Source: Bispira polyomma (lineage: Eukaryota). Taken from it: a stretch of DNA of 64,000 nucleotides. The position numbers and the translations under genes are program-made. Shown one piece after another: positions 14,091-27,199 of the stretch. The stretch covers positions 15,500,001-15,564,000 of the forward strand of contig OZ287748.1 in NCBI GenBank assembly GCA_965649765.1, in the 5' to 3' direction. Position 1 is the first letter of the stretch. Each line of letters starts with the position of its first letter. The notes beneath the pieces are model-generated. The model had not been told where the DNA came from, did no database searches, and saw only the letters and a list, made by a program, of their open reading frames with translations.

Positions 14091-14700
14091 AACCATAAGG
14101 ACAATAATCGTAATGGCAATTGTGCTTGTTATGATTGTGTAAATGTTATTTATGACATAAACATGTCAAATGACAGTGTAAGTGTGCATAATGACACTTA
14201 AACACACTATGGTTGGCAGGCATGTGAACTTGCTAATGAAAAATGTTTTAATAATATACTCATTTCTGATAACAGTGCAGGTACTGGTAGCAATAACCAT
14301 AATGACAATAATCATAATGGCGACTGTGCACGTTATGATTGTGTAAATGTTATTCGGGACTCTGATATGTCGAATGACAGTGTAAGGGTGTATAATGACA
14401 CTGGAACACAATATGGTTGGCAGACAGTTGAACTTGCTGATGATAAGTGTTGATGTGTTCATTTCAGAGAATAGTCTAAGCAAGGATTGTAGTAACTTCT
14501 AATTGTCTAATGGATGTAACACCATTGGTGTCGAGAACATTGATAGTAATCACAACGACAATTGGGCTGATGATGATATGAAAGTCAATTGTGACTCAGA
14601 TATGTTGAATGACAATGCAAGGATGCATAATGACATTGGAAACCATACCTACAATAATAGACAGATACACCATTATTGGCAGGCAGGTGAACTTGCTCAG
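14091..14700 (+). repeat. About three diverged tandem copies of a 204-bp unit in the YR element's pre-RT region
   Basis: aaccataa.gacaataatc.taatggc...atgattgtgtaaatgttatt at 14091 and 14295 (period 204); weaker third copy from about 14548. Confidence 0.75.
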
Positions 14701-15002
14701 GCGAATAACACTAGTGTCACCATCTACAGTGAATTGTTAACCACTATTTGCAAACTTGCTTTAATTGACTGTAATTACTGTGTCAACAGTTTTAAACAAG
14801 AACACTCAGTGGTGTACTTGCAGTTTCCGGAATTTCAGGACATATGAAGTTTCTGTTACATTTCTTTTGATAATAGTAAAAAAAACCTACACATATAACC
14901 ACATAGGTAATATTCGAAGTTTCCCGACTAGGGTCATTGACAATCAGACATTGCAAATGTCTCTTCATAGAATTAATAGTGTGAATACTAACTCAGTACC
15001 AC

Positions 15003-15265
15003 TTCTTTTTTTTTTTTTTTAATTTGGATATTTAACGTCTACTCTAGTACCTGTTTAGGTTATATTGGGACGGGTAGTTAGAAACGCTGGAGGAAACACT
15101 GCATATAGTTGATCAAGGTTCTGCACTGAAACCAGCGGCCCACAGTAAGGAACTACCACCTTTCACACATAGGCATCGACGGGATTTGAACTCACGCCGC
15201 CCGGAGGTGAGAGACCAGTGATTGTGAAGCACATTGCTTGCTAACCACTAGGCCACCGTGGCCCC
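15003..15265 (-). mobile_element. Full-length tRNA-derived SINE
   Basis: Reverse-complement match to 5899..6159; poly-T tail; TSD ctcagtaccac (14992..15002 / 15266..15276). Confidence 0.92.
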
Positions 15266-18200
15266 CTCAGTACCACAGTTGCTTGAGGCAAAAATACATA
15301 CTTTGATTACAAAAAGGACCTAATATGAAATGAACTGGTTGGTTATAATTACGCAATGTTTGTTTGTAACATAATCAATGAAATAGAGAAACAGGATAAT
15401 GTCTTTGTATATAATGCTTAAGGTAAATGAATGTAAAAACAGATATAGCAACAAGTCAAATGTTAGTGATAACATCACATATAACAGCACTGTTCACTTT
15501 GTGGAAGGATCGGAGGGCCTCTACATGGTGAATAGTGCTTCTACAAAAAAATAAAGAAATTTGCTGATATTTAAAAAAAAAACAAACACACTTCATTGGG
15601 CCTGACAGAGATTCCGTCAATATTGTCGATAATAAACAAACGTGCAAAATTGCAAGCATTATTAGGGATACAGGACTTCCTAATTACAAACAATCTCGCA
15701 TCCCAATTACATCTCAATTGAATATAGAAGTTTGGGAAGATATAACTACACACGATCCTGATAGAATAATTACTCAGTATTTAAAATTTGGCTTTCCTCT
15801 CTCATTGAAGAATTCAAACTAGGTTAAATGCAAAGAGGTTAAAAATCACTACTCTGCATTACAGTACATGGAAGCAATTGTAAAATATATCGAAAAGGAA
15901 GAATCAGCGTGCCAGGTTAGGCCCAGTTCAAAAAATCCCTAACTCGAACTTTCATTGTTCCCCCTTACTTACTAGGCCAAAGGACATCAACAAATGACAA
16001 GTCATCTTGCATTTGTCTTACCTCAAAGGTCAGTCAGTTAACGATACTGTCATCAGGTTCAACTTACAATGTTATCTTGATGATTATCTTTGCGTTTGTC
16101 AAAAATCTGAAGCCAACAGAAGTTTTGAAAGCTTATGCAAAACTACTCAATGATCTCGATCTTCCAATGAACCTGGACAAAGTAAATGCTCCTGATACAC
16201 GAGTCACATACCTGGGCATAGGCAATGACATCTTGGCGGGTACCATCAGTATAACTCCAGAAAAAAATAAATAATTTATAACTTATAACTTTATGTGTAG
16301 AAGCACGCAGTAAATCCTGGCTTTCACACAGTAGATTTCAATCCATTTTAGGCAGTTTATTATACATACATAAACGTGTGAAACCAGCTAGGTGTTTCAT
16401 TAACAGACTCCTTGCAGTGTTTAGAGCTTCCTTTGATGCTATCAGATTTAAGGTCACTGATGACATTAAGAAAGATTTTGATTGGTTTATAAAATTCTTA
16501 CGAACATATAACAGAATCACTTACATTTACCTATTGAGTATTAAGAACTGCATTTAGATGATTGTCTTACAGGACTAGGGGCAATTTGGGGTACTGAAGT
16601 TTACCATACTCATATTTTTAACATTTACCAACAGTCACTGCCTATCTCCCAGCTAGAGATGTTTAACATTGTTGTGGCATTAAGAGTATGGGGTAAGGAC
16701 TAGGCTCAAGAAGGTATTATTCATCTGTGATAATATGGCTGTTGTATTGGTCATACAGACAGGTAAAACTAGCAACTCTTTTCTTACTATGTGCATAAGA
16801 ATTATATGGCTTATTGCATCCACATTTGATATAACTCTTACAATACGGCATATTAGGGGTAAGAAGAACATATGCGCTAATTCACTTTCGCATACTTTCA
16901 CCTCTATTTGCTACATCTTCACCACCACATTTACCCATTATAGACACCCACATCAGGGCAGTACTTAAGAATATATTACAGCACATTGGCATAGACAATT
17001 TTAACACATTTCGTAGATCTGGGTCCACTCTGGCATTCCAGAAAATCTCCCTCCAAAACCGTAGTTCCGCCGTGTGAATGTACCTACAATCCACTTGTCA
17101 GGCAGCTTTTGTCATCCCTTCTACTTTCTCCTCTATCATCCCTTCTTCCATTTGATTGGCTTTGGGTATATTTTAAAATTCCATATGATAGAATTTCAAC
17201 CTACTTTTATACTGTGTGACATTGTACATATATACTAACTACTGTAAAAAAAAGTCTACCTCTCAAGGTCACTTCACCCCCCCCCCCCCTCAAGTTAACT
17301 AGTAAGATATATATAAGACCCAAAAACATTGTGTTGCAATTAAGACAACTAAGACAACTCATTTGATTTATGGACATGTAATTGATCCATCATCAATGAG
17401 ATTAAGGCATAAAGGAAAAGGGTTAAAATGTTAATTACAACCGTATGAAGCTGTGTCTACAGCAATCTGCAGTAATTTTGGCAACCGTATTCGACCTTTG
17501 ACAAGTTAATTTAAACTTTGAATATTTTAAATCTCCTGTCAGTTATTTTGTCTTTGACCACTTCATGTGACATTTTCTAGGTTCAAGTGACTTTTTATCA
17601 GATATTTGAGGTTTTCATTAGTCATAACTTTGTGTGACCTATAATTTTGTGTGACCGATACTTTGTGTGACCTTTCAGTTTAAATGTACTCAACAAACTG
17701 GTCCACGTTACTCAAATTGTCAGTATTGGGCTGTAAACACAGACTTGAACACAGGCACAAAGTTACTTTAACAAAGTTACAAGTTATGTCACGTAAGTTA
17801 TATAATTCGCAACACAAATTACACTACAGTTTGTTTTGCATTGTTGCATAGAACAAGGTGTCACATTTATCACATTCTAGAGGGCAAGTAACAACATTTT
17901 TTTCAAACTATTTTTTTGTCATTACCATTGCCTGGCTAATGAGGTCAGTATCCCGTGCAAGGGAAGCGACTGGGGCATGTCACATATATTGCTTTCCCCC
18001 CTGCAGTCATCCCTGCTGGTCCTTTGTACAAAGTTGATGTTGGAGCTCACAGAATTAGTGGCTCTAACATCTGGCTCAGTGTTGGCTCTATTGAGAGTTC
18101 GGGAAAACCCAACAAAACTCAACATTGCAATTTTTGGCTTAAGCGACTACACGTCATTGCAATACAAATCCCTGGCAGCATGAAAAGATTTTAAAAGACA

Positions 18201-18792
18201 AATTTCAAGATTGTTGACAAATTTATTTGTGGGATGTCGCAAATATAATTTGGAGCCTTAGTGTCCACAACTGTCAACCAATGGCAGTGCAGGTATTATC
18301 ATCACCTGGTCGGATTTATATTTTTCTGAATTAAATTTGTGATCAGAGCAGTTTTCAGCTATTTCTAATTGATGTTTTGTTACAAACACCAAAACTTTTC
18401 TTCAATATTCCTATTATTACAATATTACACTTTTTGGGTGGATGATAATATACAAGCGGTATGCTGATAGTACTTTGGTATGATACAGTAAGGGGTAACT
18501 GGTGTGTCACAGAGGTTTTAAATAAATGAAAGACATTCTGTAAAACCTTTTATGGCCTTCCTGAAACCAAATTTATTAATAAGGCCTAAACTTTGATCAA
18601 ACAATAAATTTAAAATCCTGACAAACCTCCACAATTTGGGAAGATTGTCTAATCAATAGAATCAAATAGAAGTAAGCGTCATAATCATTTTATTTCTATT
18701 TTTCATTACATTTTATTTTATCTAAATGATATCTAAATTTACGCTAGCAAATGACACTACTTTTGAGAACAAACGTGTGTATTCTGGTCTCA

Positions 18793-18951
18793 TTAATCAG
18801 CATGCACCAAGAATCCAATGAAGGAATGGAGCATGCCTTCGTAGTTCCTGTATTTCACTGGTATTGTTGCATCGTCTGAGGTGAGTTTTGTCCACACCTG
18901 TTGGCCTACATTACACTGTATCAGCTGTGAGTTTGTACCTTGGTCTTCATC
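18793..18951 (-). CDS. C1q-domain protein, last coding exon
   Basis: Acceptor ctaatctag|GAT; reads DEDQGTNSQLIQCNVGQQVWTKL...HSFIGFLVHAD*; C1q C-terminal G..VW and SF.GFL motifs; AATAAA downstream at about 18715 and 18690. Confidence 0.9.
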   Translation of the reverse strand, partial: DEDQGTNSQLIQCNVGQQVWTKLTSDDATIPVKYRNYEGMLHSFIGFLVHAD

Positions 18952-19225
18952 CTAGATTAGAATGGAAAAGTAAATTCAAGATTTTCTCATCAAATCCACC
19001 TGAATAAGAACTAGTTCTAAATACGGTGTCTACTCATCGACCTGTCCTGTTCACATTACTTTCTTAACTGACAAATTCCAAACTATATTTGATCAATTAT
19101 GTGTACATGTATATATCAATATGTATTATGTACATTTCACTGTAGTATTAGTTTAAAATTGTTTTGAAAGTTATTAATCCATATACTCTTTCTCTAATCA
19201 CAGAATCAGTTGGCAAATATCTTAC

Positions 19226-19473
19226 AGTGTAATCTGCAAAAGCTGTCATCAGACCATATCCATCTTTAACTATTTGGACCATGGATCTAGTAGGGCTGGT
19301 AAATGTAGTGGCTACAAAGTAGTAGAGGCCTGAGACAGGACAAGTAAAGACCCCAGTAGTTGGATCATAGCCATTCCCCTTGTTGATGTATACAGCTGTG
19401 TACTTTAAGACATTCCCCTTGTAAACTGTGTAGTCATGATCATTATAGGCTGTAAATCCAACCAGCTGGTGGC
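19226..19473 (-). CDS. C1q-domain protein, first globular-domain exon
   Basis: Acceptor ttttatag|GC (phase 1), donor ACT|gtaaga (phase 0); VGFTA...LKYTAVYINKGNGYDPTTGVFTCPVSGLYYF is the gC1q signature; splices in frame to 18793..18951. Confidence 0.92.
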
Positions 19474-19619
19474 CTATAAAAGGAAACACACTAGAAGTCA
19501 GCACAATATATGGCAGCGACTAGTACCCCCAATTGAGAAAGGTACATGTTTGTATTTTGATATAAGGATATAGTTTGATATATTAGGATATAAAGAAAAA
19601 CAATTCCCACCTGGCCCAA

Positions 19620-20925
19620 CATTTTGTATAGAGATCATTCCATAAGTTGATTATCAACTGTATGTTGGTTAGAAAACTAACATTTTAAAAATACAATCTC
19701 TGCATTGATTTTTTGCTTGAGCATTGATCACAATATTTGTATGAAATTACTGACATACATACATATAACATTTGGCATATATAATGGTAATGTTTATAAT
19801 ACTCAACATATATTTTTTGGCACGGTATACCTAAAAGCACTTGTAAAATGGTAAAATCCAGCTTAACATGAAAAGCTTTTGTGAAATTCTCTTGAATACC
19901 TGTTAAAAAAGGTTTTACAATGTCACAGTAATAAAAGGGATGTTTTAAGGTGTCACACATACCACAATATTCAAAATCTGATAATCCAATTTGATTCCAC
20001 AAAATCAAGTTGTACTTGCATGTTACAAATCTATTAACAATACTGTATTGAAAGATGTAGGTCCAGACTAAAGTTTCTAAAAAGGATAATATGCTTTCCG
20101 TGTATTCACTACAGAAGGAAATGATTAAGAGAATGACAAATAGTGATAGATATCTTAACTTTTAACACAAGATATGCCTTTTTATGAGAAAAAATTTTGC
20201 AAAATGAAATGTTAGATGGTTTCTCATTTTTCCTTATTATCTGTTTCCACTTCCTTGGTATGGTGCTTATGACAGAATTATATAATAGCATAGCTATATC
20301 ACCTGTAAAATTGTATATTTACTGTACTTCATTTCTAGAAAGTAGAGAATATCAAAAGCCTTATTCAGGGGGTCTTCCCTCCACTGTGATCAATTTAATA
20401 CACAGTAGCTTTTCATGCAAAATTGCAAAATAGTCCTAGTTTTACCAAACCAATAGTACACGATTTGTATACACAATATATTGCTCCAGTGAGGGAGTTT
20501 AAGTCATGAGGATTTTTCTTACATAATAGCACATTTTGATCTTGTATGCCACACATCAATAATGCTAGATGTGTCTATTAGTAAAATTAGCAGGTGTTAT
20601 GTTTAGAAGTCTTCTGACTCGATCAGATTTTACTCTAATAATCATGTTTTTAAAATCAATCATTTTGAAACCTCCGCATGGTAGATCATTAACAATAGTT
20701 TCTCTTTTGACATTTGAGCATTTATTTTTACACCACAGGAAATAGAAAGCCTCCTGTCAACCTTGTGAATAAATTTGTCGGGTACAAAAATTATACTGCA
20801 TAAATTAATAATTTGACTATTTAGGAGGCTTTTAATTACTGTGATTTTGCCCTTCAAGCTTAGCTTCTGCCCAGACCATATATTAATGGTAGTTTGAATT
20901 GCATTTAGCCTAGGTTGGAGAATAA
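19620..20925 (-). mobile_element. Tx1/L1-clade LINE 3' fragment in the C1q gene intron
   Basis: W...KLSLKGKITVIKSLLNSQI, IPRKWK.I and C..C...DTL.H.FY.C..VK.F (zf-RVT-like) remnants. Confidence 0.75.
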
Positions 20926-21538
20926 AAGGTATATGCCGTGAAGAAAATATATTACTACATATATATTGACCTAATGGGTACTTCCGATTAAAACAGATGA
21001 CATTTGTGTCTTAAGACGAAAAACCTCTGCTAGAAGATGATCTGTGTTTGCATATGCTAATGTAAAAGGAATAAGTAGTCCAATTGAAAAAAAAAGGACG
21101 TTTATTTTAAAATATTCAACATATAACATATCATTTGACATATATATATATGGCCATGTCATTCGGAAGAATAATCTGTGTAAAGATTGGTCACTTTTAC
21201 AAAATTATATACAAATATAAATGCAAAATTGTTTGTTAGTTTGACATTACTCTTAGCACCTACACCAAACTATTACCATGATGAGTTGTGCATTAGTAGA
21301 ATAAAGCGATCCCACGGATGAGTTGGTCAAAATTTCTGTCTGCGTACTACCTTTAGCAAGTCTGCTAACAATGTCTTCTTTGCACTATAGAGATAATAAT
21401 TGTTTTTAAATAGAATTTAATGCCAATTGTTTCGAGTGCATTTAGGACCTTTAGTAACCCTTATTTGTACACATAAACACTTTCCTTACACTCGTAGTAC
21501 AGCTGGACTGACTGGTATGTATGGAGAAATATGACTAA

Positions 21539-21799
21539 TTCTTTTCTTTTTGGAATTAAGATATTTAACGTCCACTCCAGTACCTGTTTAGGTTATATTG
21601 GGACAGGTAGTTTGAAACGCTGGAGGAAACACTACATACAGTTGATCTAGGTTCTGCACTAAAGCCAGCGGCCCACGGTAAGGAACTATCACCTTTCCCA
21701 CATAGGCATCGACAGGAGTCGAACTCACACCAACCAGAGATAAGAGACCAGTGATTGTGAACCGCAATGCTTGCTGACCACTAGGCCACCGCGGCCCCC
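21539..21799 (-). mobile_element. Full-length tRNA-derived SINE
   Basis: Match to family; TSD aaatatgactaa (21527..21538 / 21800..21811). Confidence 0.92.
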
Positions 21800-22077
21800 A
21801 AATATGACTAAATAGGACATATTTTAATATCTAGTTACTTCATATTTTGAGTAGAAGAAGCAGTAACAAACAGAGAATACCTAAATGCAGTCATTACATG
21901 AATCTTTACAGTCCATTTTCCAAACTTTATTTACCTCCCCCCCCACCCCTCCCCCCTCACATTGTAGCAGATGCCATATTATCAATAGTAGATATCTTGG
22001 TGCCAAAATACTTGAACGGTCCATTCATACTGATGGATGTTTAAGGTCTCATGTACTATTTTATTGCAATTGCTTAC

Positions 22078-22251
22078 GTTGGTTGATGTCATCGATGTCC
22101 TTTTCCACAGCAGTGATATCAGTGTCCAACACTGATACATTACTTTTCACAACTTCCACGTCTTGAATGATGTGTTGTGTGTCCACAGAAAGTAGATCAA
22201 TCTGTGTCATGATGGCGCTGATTTGCATGTTAAAATCCTCCTGTGACACAC
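22078..22251 (-). CDS. C1q-domain protein, probable coiled-coil exon
   Basis: Heptad-like VSQEDFNMQISAIMTQIDLLSVDTQHIIQDVEVVKSNVSVLDTDITAVEKDIDDINQ; strong phase-1 donor C|gtaagc compatible with the phase-1 acceptor at 19473; its own acceptor is uncertain (ctttctgcaaag). Confidence 0.7.
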
Positions 22252-22629
22252 CTTTGCAGAAAGATATGTTTGTTATTTAGAAGCATTGATACAGTGCCTA
22301 ATTGATTAATACAATTTCTAAAACGTTTGCTCTCTGCGAATGGATGGTGCTACAACATAGCATCAGTTGTCATCAGTAGGTACTAGGCAAAATACTATGT
22401 TTAGACCTTGCCCAAAGATGTTGTCCCTACAATAACTATTGATGGCATTGTTGGGGTTCAAACTGAGGACCTGCTAAATAAACTCATGGTTTCTTTTTAA
22501 GCTTTAATACATTAGAATTTTCATCATCAGTGTTTTATATATGAGACAATGGTTTAATTTCTTTAACAATGAAACTAAAAATAATCCATCATTCTCTTTA
22601 ATGGGTATAAAAATCTTGAAATTTTACAA

Positions 22630-23510
22630 CACTGGACATAATGCAACATACCTCTACATTATAGTGGGGATTGCAATTTGTGTGAATATAAGAATGTCAG
22701 TGTATGCTATTTAGTAAATAGTTGTCATGATGTAGACGTATATGTTTCCACACGATGCGGATATAATAAGTCTGATACGTTATATTATTTGGTATGCAAA
22801 GCTAATACGAGTATATCAGGAGTATATTCACTATTGAGTGATATTATCAACTTTCAGTGGTGCAAAAAGAACCACAACTTGGACTATATATGGTTCATAC
22901 AATTTTCACATTCAACACAAGTTTAAATACAATTTTGCTCACCCAAACGAGCGAGATACAGACATAGCAACACAAACAAAACAAAACATACAAAGCAAAG
23001 CACATACACTCTCAAACAAAAATAAGCACTGCAAACTACTACATTGGAATCATAGATACATTATGTAAACAAGACATCACAAAATATATAATACCTCAGG
23101 ACTACACACAAGAAAGCAACAAAATACAAACAAAAAATGATAAAATCATACAGGCACCTGATACACTGAAACAGGACGTCATTAACTCCCACATAGAACC
23201 GTGCATCGCCAACACTTATGACTCAGGTTTATGTCAAATAAAACATGTAGATGACAGACCATACGGCTTCATACCTCATACTGTCAAAGATACAACTTTT
23301 ATCGAACCAGATAGACAGGCGGTAACGATAGACATTTATGAGAAACTGATACATATAGCTCACATTATTAAGGAGACAGGTGTTCAGAATTATCAGTCAG
23401 CCAGGATACCAATCAAGTCTAACTTAAATACAGACGCATGAAAAGACCACTATGACAAATCACTTGTGACTTACATAGAGTTTGGTTTCCCGATATCCTT
23501 ATACAATAGG
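22630..23510 (+). mobile_element. Fragment of Ngaro-like YR retrotransposon pol (pre-RT region)
   Basis: AHIIKETGVQNYQSARIPIKSNLN...YIEFGFPISL (23360..23500) aligns by eye with AHKLVRQSGKPNYMCQRIPVPSDL...YLKSGFPLSL of ORF 52702. Confidence 0.75.
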
Positions 23511-23969
23511 AACAGACCTAGACCAAATAATCTGTGCCTTTTAGCGAGAGTCCTTGCTGTTATTTTGACAACGGACTCATGAAAAGGGACAGAACAGCTT
23601 GCATAAGGAAAACGTAAATTTAACCTGACGTAACATGGCCGACATTTTTGTTTTAATGATTTTGGTGTGGTTTATATTTTATATTAATTGATATGTAGCA
23701 TATCGGCATAAACTAAATGAAAATCGGCAACTATATCATATATAAGGAATGAGAGGATATGTTTATTTATAACCAGATTCTATCTCTATATATGGCGATT
23801 TTGATTTACAACGTTTTGCTTATGGAGGCCGCTCTGTCCCTCGCCGTGCCGTCAGTATATCAAAGCATCAGCGAGGTCAGAATACTCGGTCTAGAACAGA
23901 CCCAACACACAGGTGATTACAAATCACTATTCAGCAAAAAATCTATTCAGACAAAATCGAAGTATTATA

Positions 23970-24150
23970 AATTTTTTTTTTTTTTTTTTTTTATTTAAAA
24001 ATTTTGAATATTTAACGTCCACTCTAGTACCTGTTTAGGTTAAATTGGGATGGGTACTGGAAACGCTGGAGGAAACACTGCATACAGGTGATCAAGGTTC
24101 TGCACTGAAACCAGTGGCCCACAGTAAGGAACTACCACCTCTCCCACATT
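23970..24150 (-). mobile_element. 5'-truncated tRNA-derived SINE copy
   Basis: Poly-T tail plus body match up to ...ctcccaca; tRNA head absent. Confidence 0.85.
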
Positions 24151-25141
24151 GACGAGAGACAAGTATTTTGAAGACGAAATCAAAAGGTACAATCATTGGT
24201 CATACAAAATGGCTAATTTAAAAGTTGACTCACATGTTTCACATGTAGCCATATTATCGCTCTTTTGTTGTTTTCTGAAAACATACCACAATACAATATG
24301 TAACATTAGCAGCAAATGAATATCATTACCTCTCAACCTTTTGTTAAAATAGGTTTATCATGTTATATACTACAATATAATATTATTAGAGGACTTCACC
24401 TTGGTTTTTCAAACTTCACATTTTTTGCAAAGCTTGTTTTTTTTTAATTCTAGAGAATTGTCCTTGTGTTTCATACAGTGACCATTTACCCATTATTAAT
24501 GGAAATTATTGGAATCTTTAAACAGGACTCAGTAAGTATGAAAGTGGATCAACAAAAAATGATATCTCAAAAAACAAATTTCACACAATTATATGACATT
24601 ATATGAATCTAAAATGTTCCTGAAATCTAAAAAGTTGGATAAATTTCTGTTGAAATCAGTTTTATTCGACAGTAATATAAACTATGGAAATAATATTTCC
24701 ACACAAACATGTAACTCAAGTATCCATAATTATAGCTAAATATGATTTAGGTGTCCAAATGACACCCCCTGATTAAACAAGGGAAGCAGCCCTGATGTTG
24801 AAACGGTATTTCAGTTGTTTGATACATATCCATTATAAAAGTTACCTCTGGTAATAATGCAACAATTATAATCATAACTTTGTACTTACCTAGCATTCCT
24901 CATAAAGGTATTTTCGTCCGCCTTAAACAGAAATAATGATCTTATAAATGGTACATCATAATAAAAATAAATTGTATATCCCCTGACACTCTGCACATAA
25001 TCAGATCTTTAAACTTACTCATAAAATTCAAATAATTTTCTTTTATCGCTCACCTATTTTGCCAATTATTAGGTCACTCAAGCATAATGTTTTCTGTGGA
25101 GTACTCACTATGCCGGTATGAAAAGAAGTTACAACAATTAC

Positions 25142-25337
25142 CTTGTCTACAATCGCATGTTGCTACTTTCCCAAACCTTTCCGAATCTTCTACCGTCGGC
25201 TGTACGAGGTGAAAGTTTAGGTAGGGTTTTTCCAGTCTTTCCGAGTATTCCTGCAGCGCTACTGTAAGTCTTCCGTCTAAGTAATTGTACATGTCCATCC
25301 CAGTAACGGCACATTTCCGCAGAGCATTTCTGTACCA
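25142..25337 (-). CDS. C1q-domain protein, candidate internal exon
   Basis: actgtag|TGG (phase 0, matches exon 1) to CAA G|gtaatt (phase 1); open as WYRNALRKCAVTGMDMYNYLDGRLTVALQEYSERLEKP...CDCRQ; no homology check possible. Confidence 0.45.
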
Positions 25338-25995
25338 CTACAGTAAATGGTCTGTTTCCATTTGTAAAACTTATCTGGATAAGTTTCAAGGGAAATATTT
25401 TTCTCAGAAGGAAAGACAATTTACAGTGCCTTATGGTACTGGCTATAAAACTGCCAATATGAGAACGGGGTATTACCAAGGTGTGTATCACAAGCTGTTT
25501 AAGTTACTTATTTTCAAACATGATAATATATAAGCTTAACATAGGTGGAGTAGATATTCATTGGATAGATCAAGTAAAATCAACATTAATTTTTTCAGTT
25601 ATTGCCCTTTATTTTTATTAAAAAGCCAAAATAAGACAACAACCAAAGATGTAACCATTCACTTTATCAGGTATACAGACCTACTCTATCTTCTTTTATA
25701 ACACCTCAGTTTAATTTGAACATATCTCACTCCCCCAATAGAAATAATCGCCAGGACATGAAAGAAAATTTCGGTAAAAGGTTTACAGATAGCTGGAATT
25801 ACCAAAAAACACACCACAGAATACTTTCGACATTTAATAATGGCCTCAAATATCATTTTTTAAAGGATGGAATTTTCTGTACCAACAAGTTCCTATTACA
25901 TGCAACTTAAATAAAATAAAATAATATTTTCGGGCTGTTGACCGCTTGGAGACAGACATAGTTTTGGGTTTTTAAGATATACAACAACAACTAAC

Positions 25996-26112
25996 CTTGT
26001 CATCCATTTCTTGCTGTGTGGTCTTCACTTCGACATCATCAAATCTCACTCCCAATATGATTTTGGCTGTAAAGCACAAACTGACAACCAACAACAATAC
26101 CAGTTTTTCCAT
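25996..26112 (-). CDS. Probable first coding exon (signal peptide) of the C1q-domain gene
   Basis: aagATGG context; MEKLVLLLVVSLCFTAKIILG hydrophobic leader; phase-0 donor AAG|gttagt; same strand and upstream of the C1q exons; linkage is inferred. Confidence 0.65.
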
Positions 26113-27199
26113 CTTCAAAGATTTCTCTTTTTCCAAATTCAGTTGAAGACAAACTTCTAACAGACTTCTTCGGATTAATGATGTGAATTTGTCTCGCGAA
26201 AACAACAAATTGTGCTTTATATAAGATATTTTTATTGAAAACATATGAACATTCAATGTTCTTTAAAGACAAATTCTCACATACATTACTTACGTCATTC
26301 TAATACTCTACATCTTACATCTTTTTTTTTAACACATATGGACATTTTGTGTTCCTGTGGCGTTAGTCAAGAGACAAATTGTACCTACATTCATTTAGGT
26401 CATGCTAATACATTAAATTTCCAAAATGATACAGCTGTAAAAAATCGGATTTTATGTCCCCCCACATATGTATTCATACCCAAACTATCCGACTTCAGAA
26501 TCCACTTCAACATTTTAGAATATATGTTTTACAAATATGTTCTGTTTTTAACAGGTACCCATACATGAACATATGTTGCTTAATATCGGTTCATTCATAC
26601 TTTTAAATGCTTTTGTCAAGTCTAGAAGGTCTTTGCTCATATGCTGTTGAATACTTAAAACAGTTAGTGTGATGATAAATATTTGCGCATGTGTGACATC
26701 TTACCATTGTTTTACATTAGACATGACTTTTTATTTATACGCATGTCACACCACTATTTTCTGTGAACCTAGATCAAATATTAACAAGTTAACTATTTGC
26801 CCATTGGTCTTAATTTTACATGTAGTTTCACTTCTTTTATTAAAAAATTCTATACATTAGAAGCTCTATTATCCGAACTTCTATTATCTAAATATTTGAT
26901 AAAAAGCTTTCACTCTTTTAACCATTTCTTTGCGTTTTTTTTTTTAAATTGAAAAAACACTGTCCTTGACGAAAGTTTGAAGATGTATTCTGATCTAGAG
27001 ATGTTGAAGTATTGTTTTTTACTGTTACCCTGCATCATTCTGGCCAGTATCTGATTACATTTATGGAACTCCTGTTTATCTTCCTGATCAATTTGAACTA
27101 GGATCATCCTTCCTTGCCTTTCTCGACAAGGCCAACACCTCAATTTTATGTTTTCAAACTCGATGACACTCGGGTAAATAGTTTCTGGATCCCTGTACT

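Larger units (their letters stand above)
12830..17200 (+). mobile_element. Decayed Ngaro-like YR retrotransposon (gag, pol, YR remnant)
   Basis: Gag finger CKYYNKDTC..H...IC.HC...H (13670..13790); RT pieces (YLKFGFPLSL, HCSPLLTRPK, P.TRVTYLGI); RNase H (CDNMAVV.VI.TGK, HIRGKKN..A); YR HTFRRSG at about 17005; SINE inserted at 15003. Confidence 0.85.
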
